From positions 33,555 through 97,554 of IMG/VR virus record IMGVR_UViG_3300039452_000187: a DNA stretch of 64,000 nucleotides. One strand, written 5' to 3'. Below the pieces are notes generated by a model. The model saw only the letters and a program-made list of their open reading frames with translations, was not told the origin of the DNA and did no database searches. A program made the translations under genes and the position numbers. Of the stretch, positions 37,190 to 44,303 are shown one piece after another (positions within the stretch are counted from its first letter, which is position 1; the number at the start of each line of letters is the position of its first letter). Origin of the DNA: a virus (lineage: Duplodnaviria; Caudoviricetes).

Positions 37190-37648
37190 TCAACCGTCCC
37201 CGAGCTTCTTGATGGCTTCCTTGGTGATGCCGCCGCCCTCCGGGTCTTCGTCTTCAATCGTCAACTCAACGCGCGGCGGCGCCAACTGTTGTTGCAGCGC
37301 CCCCTGCACCGTCCCCGCCACCTGCAGCACGCCGGCCGGCTCGAGTCCGGCATAGCGGTAGACGCAGAGGTTGGGGTCCAGAGCCGTCGGCAACCAGGCC
37401 ACGAGGCCCTTGAAGCCGGTATGGGCCAAGAGCGCGGCAATGAGGGTATCAGCGGCGAGGCCGCTGAGCGTCTGCCGCACCAGGTCGGCCACGGTACCGT
37501 CGATCAGGTCGCCGCGGGTGATTCGTTCGGCCAATTCCTCCACGAGCACCTTGGTGGGCAGCTGCCGGAAAATGTTGAGCGGAGCCGGCGCGACCGGTGC
37601 CCCATTGACCGTACCTTGCTGGTCCGTTGCTGCTGCTGTGTCGCTCAT
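37190..37648 (-). CDS. Hypothetical protein
   Basis: Start directly follows the upstream stop. Confidence 0.6.
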   Translation of the reverse strand: MSDTAAATDQQGTVNGAPVAPAPLNIFRQLPTKVLVEELAERITRGDLIDGTVADLVRQTLSGLAADTLIAALLAHTGFKGLVAWLPTALDPNLCVYRYAGLEPAGVLQVAGTVQGALQQQLAPPRVELTIEDEDPEGGGITKEAIKKLGDG

Positions 37649-37966
37649 TTAGACTTCGCCTCTTTCTTCGCTCGCCGTGGGCATGAGTTCGTTTCTCGTC
37701 AACACCAATATGGACGCAGGCGCGTCGGGGCGCGACCACTCCTGAATCTCCACCGAACAATGGCGGGCGATCAAGTCGCTCACCCGCTCCTGAGCCGCCG
37801 CCTCGGTGGGACAGCCGAAGCGCAGCATCTCGGTTTCCCCGAAAGCGCGGGTGCGGTAGCCGGTGACCACCCAGAAGCGGAGCGGCGGCCGGTTCGGCTG
37901 AACCGCCCTGTCCGCAGCTGCCGGTGCCGGTCCGAGTGGTACTGTCGGTTTGCTCTTGCGACCCAT
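37649..37966 (-). CDS. Hypothetical protein
   Basis: 105 aa in operon. Confidence 0.55.
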   Translation of the reverse strand: MGRKSKPTVPLGPAPAAADRAVQPNRPPLRFWVVTGYRTRAFGETEMLRFGCPTEAAAQERVSDLIARHCSVEIQEWSRPDAPASILVLTRNELMPTASEERGEV

Positions 37967-37977
37967 GCTCTTTCCAA

Positions 37978-38469
37978 TTAGTTTTTGCGATCCCTGCCCT
38001 GTCGTTCGCGAGCTTTGCTGTAGGCCGCCGCCGCCGCAATCTTCTTGGCGTGCTCTTCATTGTCGGGCCGCACCTGCCCAATCAGTCCGGTTTCCTTGTA
38101 GGACTGCATCATCTCCTGAATGTTTCGCTGAATCACCTGATCGCTGCTGCCTTGTTTGAGTGGCATGACCCGCCCCCAATTCACGAAGAGCCACAGTGGC
38201 ACCCGACCGTTGAGGGCACGCTGCGCCAGCCGATCCATCCGCTGCCGGAAAGACATCGCCGTGCGCTGCAGGCAACGATAGGCTCGCGGCTCATCCAGAC
38301 ACAGTTGCATCATCAACAACCTCTTGACCCGCTCGATCGTTCTGAAGTCCCGATCGGCATGCCAGGGCTTTGGTACCGGAGCTAGATCCTCAAAGCGATG
38401 AACGAGGATGTAACCCTGCGCCGGGGGCTGAGCAATCAAGGCTTCGGCATGAGGAGATTCTGTCATCAT
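37978..38469 (-). CDS. ANTAR-domain protein fused to a small phage MPLKxGSS...AYSKAR domain
   Basis: IERVKRLLMMQLCLDEPRAYRCLQRTAMSFRQRMDRLAQRAL fits the ANTAR consensus IERAKGILM...EEEAY..LR..AM..R..M..VA. Confidence 0.75.
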   Translation of the reverse strand: MMTESPHAEALIAQPPAQGYILVHRFEDLAPVPKPWHADRDFRTIERVKRLLMMQLCLDEPRAYRCLQRTAMSFRQRMDRLAQRALNGRVPLWLFVNWGRVMPLKQGSSDQVIQRNIQEMMQSYKETGLIGQVRPDNEEHAKKIAAAAAYSKARERQGRDRKN

Positions 38470-38490
38470 TGGTTCAGTTCGCTCCGTTGC

Positions 38491-39090
38491 TTAACTAGCG
38501 ACGCGCCGCTTGCGTGGTCGTCGCACCCGCGCCACCGGCGGCGCTACGGCCACGTAGGCACCGGCGCCGGCGGCGCCGCCCAAGCGCTGGTAAGCGTAGC
38601 CGCCGGCCCGCAGCACCTGCCAGACGAACCGCCCCGGAGAGGCGGTATCCAGGAAGTCCAGGAACACCTGCTCCGGCACCGCGTAATACTCGTAGTGGGA
38701 GCCGTTGCGGAAGGTCACTTCGAGCACCGAGTCGCCGCGACGGTAGCGGATCGAGTCGACGTTCGACGAGTTCAAGTGGACCCAGCGGCCAGCGAGGGTA
38801 GTATCGTCGTTGGGGCTGGACCACCATTGGGGCCCGGGGAGCGTCTCCGGTTCCGTGGGCTCTGGGGTCACGGTCAGCGGCGTCCATTCGATCACCGGCT
38901 GAGTCGGCGCGGGCGGCTGCGCTTCGACAACCGGCGCCGGCTGGACGGTTGCCGGTTGGGGCAGCCGGTCGAACCACCGCGCCAGCCAGGACCGTAGCCG
39001 CGCGGAGCCGCGCACCGGCTTGCCACCGGCCGCAGCGCTCCCGCCGCCATCGCTGCCGATCCAGTTTCGTAGCCAGTTCCGCAGCCCCAT
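38491..39090 (-). CDS. KTSC-domain protein
   Basis: SSNVDSIRY...LEVTFRNGSHYEYYAVPEQVFLDFLDTASPGRF. Confidence 0.9.
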   Translation of the reverse strand: MGLRNWLRNWIGSDGGGSAAAGGKPVRGSARLRSWLARWFDRLPQPATVQPAPVVEAQPPAPTQPVIEWTPLTVTPEPTEPETLPGPQWWSSPNDDTTLAGRWVHLNSSNVDSIRYRRGDSVLEVTFRNGSHYEYYAVPEQVFLDFLDTASPGRFVWQVLRAGGYAYQRLGGAAGAGAYVAVAPPVARVRRPRKRRVAS

Positions 39091-39098
39091 ACCACCCC

Positions 39099-39812
39099 TT
39101 ACACAGATGCCGCCGTTGCTGCCGCTGCCGCTGCCGCTGCCGCTGCACTGAGGCGTTCCCGCCGCCTTTGGGCTTCCGCCGCCACGGCCGCCCGATCGGC
39201 CAGCAACTCTTCCCCCTCCGACTCGCCCTCAGCCTGCTGCCGTTGCCGCCACCGGAGAAACTGCGCCATCTTGCCGAGCAGGTGCGACGGCAAGGCCCGG
39301 TCGTGCTCCTGGTGGAGCGGCCCTTGCGGGGTCTCCACAACCACGCCGGCGTGATAGTGAATACCCTTGCCGCCAATCTTCACCTGGTACCCGTACCGCT
39401 CTGAGTCAATCTTCACGTCGCCGGGGTGCCAGTGGCATTCGCCGCGGCCGTAACGCTGCATCATCACCGCGATCTTGTCAGGGCTACCGGGGAGCGCCCG
39501 CGTCGGCTCTGTGGGCACCCGCAGGCCGCAGCAGCTGCAACAGCCGGGCATAGGACTGCCGCCGCCGTTGAAGTCATTCGGGCAGTGGCCCGCGAGGGCC
39601 TCGGCCAGCGTGTTCTGCACTCCCACCCCGGCCCGCTGCTTGCGGCGCTTCACGGGGGTCAGAGCGAGGGCCACCACTGGTACCGTCCGGCCAGCAGCCC
39701 GCGACAGTTGCCGTTGCCAGACCACCGCCACCACGGCTGTAGCCGCCGCCCCATCGCCACCGCGAATCGCGCGGGCGGGCGCTGTCCTGGGAATCGCCGT
39801 GGCCGTTGCCAT
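39099..39812 (-). CDS. Hypothetical phage protein with PTxALPGSPDKIAVM..R..RG..WHPGD motif
   Basis: GGAG RBS; poly-Ala C-terminus. Confidence 0.55.
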   Translation of the reverse strand: MATATAIPRTAPARAIRGGDGAAATAVVAVVWQRQLSRAAGRTVPVVALALTPVKRRKQRAGVGVQNTLAEALAGHCPNDFNGGGSPMPGCCSCCGLRVPTEPTRALPGSPDKIAVMMQRYGRGECHWHPGDVKIDSERYGYQVKIGGKGIHYHAGVVVETPQGPLHQEHDRALPSHLLGKMAQFLRWRQRQQAEGESEGEELLADRAAVAAEAQRRRERLSAAAAAAAAAATAASV

Positions 39813-39834
39813 TGCTCCGCGCGCCCTCCGAAGT

Positions 39835-40623
39835 CTAACCTGGTGCCTGAATCGCGAAATCCTGCCCACAGTGCGGACAAGTCACCATCGCCAGCAGCGG
39901 CTCGGCCCCGTCGCCTTCCCCGCCCGCCGCCGTCTGTGCGTCCTCATCCTGGTCCTCTTCCGCCTCCGGCCCGTCCACCGGTTCCTCGGGGTCCTGTTCT
40001 TCATCCTGCCCAGACACAACCGGATTTGTGCTTCCTGCCACTTCTTTTGTGCGGCCCGACAGTCCCTCGGTGTTCATGGGATAGGTGCTGCCGCCGCGCT
40101 GCACCAACCGCTCCGTAGTCGCTGGTTTTTCCTCCGACGGTTCGCCCGTGGCGCCGGTGTCGCCCGCATCTATCTGGAAACCGTTACCAGATAGCTCGGC
40201 CCGAATCTCGGCCACGAGCGGGTGGCTGACGGCACAGCGCCGGGCAATTTCCCGGTCCGACCACTGGCCCCATTCCTCATCGCGGAGCAGTGTTTCCACG
40301 GCCCGCCGCTTGTCCGCGTTGGTGCGCCTGAGGCCGTGCTTGCGGTTGGCCCCGGCAGCGTAGAGGATGGCGTCGCGGCGCGTGCCCGGCTGCACTTCCA
40401 CAATCATGTGCTTGCGTGCTGCGTGCGAGTGGGCGCCGTAGCGGTGAAAGCCGTCGGCCAGCCAGTAGTCCTGGCCGTCGTAGAACACCACGGCCGGCGG
40501 CAAGTCGTCGAGCACCTCGGCCAGGTCGACGATGACGTCGCGGCTCAGCTCGGCGCGCATCTGGGTGCCGCCGTCTACCCGGATCTTTGTGAGCCTCAGA
40601 CTGGTGAGGTTCGCCTCTGCCAT
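39835..40623 (-). CDS. ParB-like N-terminal domain plus HTH protein
   Basis: TQMR..LPPAVVF..YWLADGFHR; WSDREIARRCAVSHPLV. Confidence 0.85.
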   Translation of the reverse strand: MAEANLTSLRLTKIRVDGGTQMRAELSRDVIVDLAEVLDDLPPAVVFYDGQDYWLADGFHRYGAHSHAARKHMIVEVQPGTRRDAILYAAGANRKHGLRRTNADKRRAVETLLRDEEWGQWSDREIARRCAVSHPLVAEIRAELSGNGFQIDAGDTGATGEPSEEKPATTERLVQRGGSTYPMNTEGLSGRTKEVAGSTNPVVSGQDEEQDPEEPVDGPEAEEDQDEDAQTAAGGEGDGAEPLLAMVTCPHCGQDFAIQAPG

Positions 40624-40857
40624 CGGCTGCCGCTATCGGAAGGACTGGCCAGAACCGGCCCCGGTGTGGGACCCCTACCGCACAGTGTACGGTGCGTGGG
40701 AAGGCGAAGCAACCGGAAAAGTGACACAGCAGTGTCAGTGGAAGGGAAAAAGGATCATTACAGGCGGCTCTCGGGTAGTTGGCCGGAAAAGATCTTGCAG
40801 ACACAACCTTTGAGGCTGTTGATCTGTGCTGTCGGAACGGCATACACCTTGGATCGT

Positions 40858-41211
40858 TTACCCGGCATCAAATGGTTCCTTGGTTGCGGCCGTGTCTGCA
40901 GATCTTTTTGCCGCCTCTTCTTTTGTCTCCTGCAGCCACGTCGCCATGTCCGTCCCCTCTCCCTTGTCCTTGTCCTTGTCCTTAGTCGGCTCCTTGAACC
41001 GCTTGGTCCACTGCCAAATGCGCCGCAAAGGGATGTCCAGGATTCGTGCGACCAGCAGTTCCAGCTCCGCCAGGGCGGCGAGGTTGCTGCCGTCGAGGAA
41101 GCCGGCCACGGCGGCAGCGAGAGAGATTTCGGCGTCGGTGGGCTCTGGACGCTCAGCCAGGTGCGGCCGGAGCTGGGCGTAGGTGGTGGATTCGTGGGAG
41201 AGCGGGTTCAT
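40858..41211 (-). CDS. Hypothetical protein immediately downstream of the CRISPR array
   Basis: MNPLSHES..., 117 aa. Confidence 0.5.
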   Translation of the reverse strand: MNPLSHESTTYAQLRPHLAERPEPTDAEISLAAAVAGFLDGSNLAALAELELLVARILDIPLRRIWQWTKRFKEPTKDKDKDKGEGTDMATWLQETKEEAAKRSADTAATKEPFDAG

Positions 41212-41249
41212 AAGGTAAGTACAATAAACTGATCCATTGAAAATCGTCA

Positions 41250-41720
41250 GTCTCAGTAACCAACCCACTGAGCAGGGTCTTCCAACCTGGACGGGGGCAG
41301 CTTGCCGGCGGCCGGTTCGGGGTCTCAGTAACCAACCCACTGAGCAGGGTCTTCCAACTCATCTTCCTGCTGCTGCCGCTCCTGGGCCACTTTGTCTCAG
41401 TAACCAACCCACTGAGCAGGGTCTTCCAACGCGAATACTGCCACAAGAGAAATGAGCAAATCTGGTCGTCTCAGTAACCAACCCACTGAGCAGGGTCTTC
41501 CAACTTTCCATAACAGCTGCCGCGGCCGCGGATGGGCGGTCTCAGTAACCAACCCACTGAGCAGGGTCTTCCAACGGCCCATCCATGTGGCGTTCCCGCC
41601 CGGCGGCATCGTCTCAGTAACCAACCCACTGAGCAGGGTCTTCCAACGGATGGCAGAAGCGTCGACCAAAGGGCGATAACAAAGTCTCAGTAACCAACCC
41701 ACTGAGCAGGGTCTTCCAAC
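41250..41720 (-). CRISPR. CRISPR array: 7 identical 37-bp repeats and 6 spacers of 34-37 bp
   Basis: Repeat (minus strand) GTTGGAAGACCCTGCTCAGTGGGTTGGTTACTGAGAC; plus-strand starts at 41250, 41322, 41394, 41468, 41539, 41611, 41684; orientation inferred from the cas gene and the AGAC 3' end. Confidence 0.98.
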
Positions 41721-41912
41721 GGTCAACCTCTAAAACCGTGCTACCGCAAGCCGTTGAGTTGCTGTCCGCGAGAGGTTGACCAAAACAACTCGCCAAGGTA
41801 GCGGCAGCACCAACCAGGTTGTCAAAGATCGGTTCTAAATCAAGACTTACGCCACGCGAGAGCCATCACTGCACTATTCTGGCTGCAACCGCAGGTCAGT
41901 TCATGACTTCCA
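41721..41912 (-). promoter_or_regulatory. CRISPR leader
   Basis: Non-coding, between cas12 and array; 11-bp inverted repeat abutting the first repeat; GATCTTTGACAA motif. Confidence 0.7.
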
Positions 41913-43949
41913 TTAAAGGGCCACAGAACCGGCTCTTTCACCATCGCCGCGCTCGCGATACCACCGCAGCATGTTCAGACAGGCATTGCGGTCCTGGTCC
42001 CGCACTTCCTGACTACCACTGTAGCAGTGCTCTAATTGGGCCTTGTCCATGTCCTCGTCCACAACCTCCGTGGTCGCGCATTTGGTCGTCGTCTGGCTCG
42101 CCGGTGCCTTCGGCGCTTCACCTGCATTCTCGCAACAAAGTTGCACCAGCCGGCCAACGGCCGCACAGCGCCGATAGTCGAGAGGGATATACCCCTCCAC
42201 TTGATCGACCTCGGGAGTATCCTGTAAATCGCGCCAGTTGACATCCTCGGTGATGACTGCATGATAGCGGCGGCGCAATATAGCGGCCAAGTTGCGGTAC
42301 ACGTCATCGCGCCAGCGAATGGCTCCCTTGAGAACGAATGCCTGCCAGTCATACAAATGTTTATCCTGCTTGCGCCACCATTCCAGCACCGGGAAGATGG
42401 ACTGGTCCCCGGTGAAGCGGCGGAAACGCCACTTGAGGACCAACTTGGCCAACCGATCCTCGCTACGCCAGGAGGCCAGGGTTGCTGTCTCCTCTTCCAA
42501 CCACTTCGGCACGTCCACACCACGCTTGCGGTTGGCCAGGAGCGTCTCGATGGCCGCACAGCGTTCTTCCAGATCATTCCGCCAGCGGATGGCACTCTTC
42601 TCCATCTTGGCTCGCCTGTTTTGCGACACATCCTTGAGCTTGGGCAACCTCTGGAGCTTCCATTCCTGCTCCGCTGCCGACTTCCGCAGGTGCTGAAGTT
42701 CCCTGGCTAGGTCGGCAATCGGCAAGTCCTCCGCCTTGAGCCAAGTCACGAGTGTCGCATGATAGACGTTGAACGTCCGGTCCCGAATCTGTTGCAAGTC
42801 GTCATGCTTTTCCCAGCGTTTCAAGTCCGCGTGCGGCAAGATGAGTTCCCCTTCGGCGCCATCACTGCCAATCCAGTAGGCCACGCGCAGCCCGTTGGGC
42901 CGTAGCCGCCAACCAACATCGACGGCCACATATCCAGACTCGGCCTGATCCTCTTTGGTGAATCCATCCTCGCGCGAAATCACCAGTTGCAAGGCCCATT
43001 CATCATGAGTACCGATGCGCCGTTTGAGGCCGTAGCTCCATTTGATCTGCGCATCCGGTGGCAGGTCACGATGGAGCGTCACCACGAATTCCGCCCAGAT
43101 CGGTGCGCGCCCGTCCGAGCCAATCCGCACCGACGCGAGATAGCGCCGCACCGCCGCCTTACTCGGCTTTTCGCCTTCGCCCAGCGGTTTGGGCCGCAGC
43201 CGAAAGCGCGTATCCATTCCAGCGAAGGCATCGGCCACGCTCAGACCGCCCTGGAACTGGACGGCGATCTTCCCGTCCCCGCGGAAGCGCTTGAAGCGTG
43301 GCGGTTTGCCTTCGCGAATGCCCTTAAGAGACTGTTCCACGGTCAAATAGGTGCCCCAGAACACTCTACAAGCGGCCCGCAACTCCTTGAGCTTGGCATC
43401 GTGTTCATCCTCGACCCGGTTTATTTCGTCCTGAAATTCCGGTTTTTCGGAGAGGAGTCGCCGCCGCCGTCGATACTCCTGCCGCAGCGCCGCCAGGACT
43501 AACCGTTTCTTGCCCTGCCGCTTCACTTCGGCTTTGTACCAGTCGTGCAACTCCTTGACCCTGTCGTCATTTCCCCAGCACCGCGCCTTCGCTTCCTTGA
43601 GAGTGATCGTCAACCGCTTACGCGCTGCCCGCAAAGATTTAATCCGGTCCTTGTCGGCATCCGTGGTCACGCGCTTGCGTGCTTTGGCGTTCTTGGCCTT
43701 CGTTTCCCTGATCGCAGCCTCCAAAGCCTCAGTGGCCTCGGCTAGCCGCTGCTCCAAGGTTTCGACTTCCGGGAAATAGCGGCGCAAAGCCGCCAAAGAA
43801 GCTTCCCGTCGTTCGCGTTCGGCTGCCACCAGGTTATTTCTGTAGCGATTGGCGTCATAGATCTGCTGGCGAACCGCCTCTCCATTGATAGTCGGAGCCT
43901 TGGCACCATAGGAGTAAATTCGTGATGGCTTCGCGTCGTTGCCGTGCAT
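41913..43949 (-). CDS. cas12m: Type V CRISPR effector, Cas12m (V-U1/V-M)-like, 678 aa
   Basis: FWGTY, FRGDGKIAVQ, HRDLPPDA, VAVDVGWR (RuvC-I), W....LA.L...WR, LEWWRKQDKHL, ITED (RuvC-II), DQDRNA (RuvC-III); long N-terminal coiled coil; adjacent array. Confidence 0.85.
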   Translation of the reverse strand: MHGNDAKPSRIYSYGAKAPTINGEAVRQQIYDANRYRNNLVAAERERREASLAALRRYFPEVETLEQRLAEATEALEAAIRETKAKNAKARKRVTTDADKDRIKSLRAARKRLTITLKEAKARCWGNDDRVKELHDWYKAEVKRQGKKRLVLAALRQEYRRRRRLLSEKPEFQDEINRVEDEHDAKLKELRAACRVFWGTYLTVEQSLKGIREGKPPRFKRFRGDGKIAVQFQGGLSVADAFAGMDTRFRLRPKPLGEGEKPSKAAVRRYLASVRIGSDGRAPIWAEFVVTLHRDLPPDAQIKWSYGLKRRIGTHDEWALQLVISREDGFTKEDQAESGYVAVDVGWRLRPNGLRVAYWIGSDGAEGELILPHADLKRWEKHDDLQQIRDRTFNVYHATLVTWLKAEDLPIADLARELQHLRKSAAEQEWKLQRLPKLKDVSQNRRAKMEKSAIRWRNDLEERCAAIETLLANRKRGVDVPKWLEEETATLASWRSEDRLAKLVLKWRFRRFTGDQSIFPVLEWWRKQDKHLYDWQAFVLKGAIRWRDDVYRNLAAILRRRYHAVITEDVNWRDLQDTPEVDQVEGYIPLDYRRCAAVGRLVQLCCENAGEAPKAPASQTTTKCATTEVVDEDMDKAQLEHCYSGSQEVRDQDRNACLNMLRWYRERGDGERAGSVAL

Positions 43950-44080
43950 AGAAGATTACCCGCTCTACTGACCGATTATTCCTGCTACCAATTTGACTGA
44001 CGAAAGTTGCCGCCCGCAACCCAGGAAGAACTTGCACAGACGGCCCGGCAGCAATAAAGACATAAAATTCAGCAAAACAA

Positions 44081-44239
44081 CTATTTATCCGTATCCGCGA
44101 TGCCAACCTTATCTTCCAGCCGCCGGATTCGTGCACCCTGAGACCGAACCATCGGGATCAAGACGCAGCAATAAAGGACCATGAGCCCCGCGGCAAACAG
44201 CAAGGCGGCCAGGAACCCGATTAACTCGCCCTTTATCAT
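44081..44239 (-). CDS. 52-aa single-TM membrane protein (not in the ORF track)
   Basis: MIKGELIGFLAALLFAAGLMVLYCCVLIPMVRSQGARIRRLEDKVGIADTDK; GGAG RBS. Confidence 0.55.
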   Translation of the reverse strand: MIKGELIGFLAALLFAAGLMVLYCCVLIPMVRSQGARIRRLEDKVGIADTDK

Positions 44240-44303
44240 AGCTCTTTCTCCGCATCCATCTCACGCATCCGCCGGCCGTGTCGAACCAGGCAGTCGTATT
44301 GCG

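Noticed and set aside
41153-41796. ORFs with repeating peptides (WKTLLSGLVTET, LSNQPTEQGLP)
   Set aside because: Translations of the CRISPR repeats
41913-43949. IS200/IS605 TnpB transposon
   Set aside because: No TnpA or IS ends seen; size, Cas12m-type motifs and the adjacent array favour a CRISPR effector
41721-44303. tracrRNA
   Set aside because: No anti-repeat found by eye in either intergenic region
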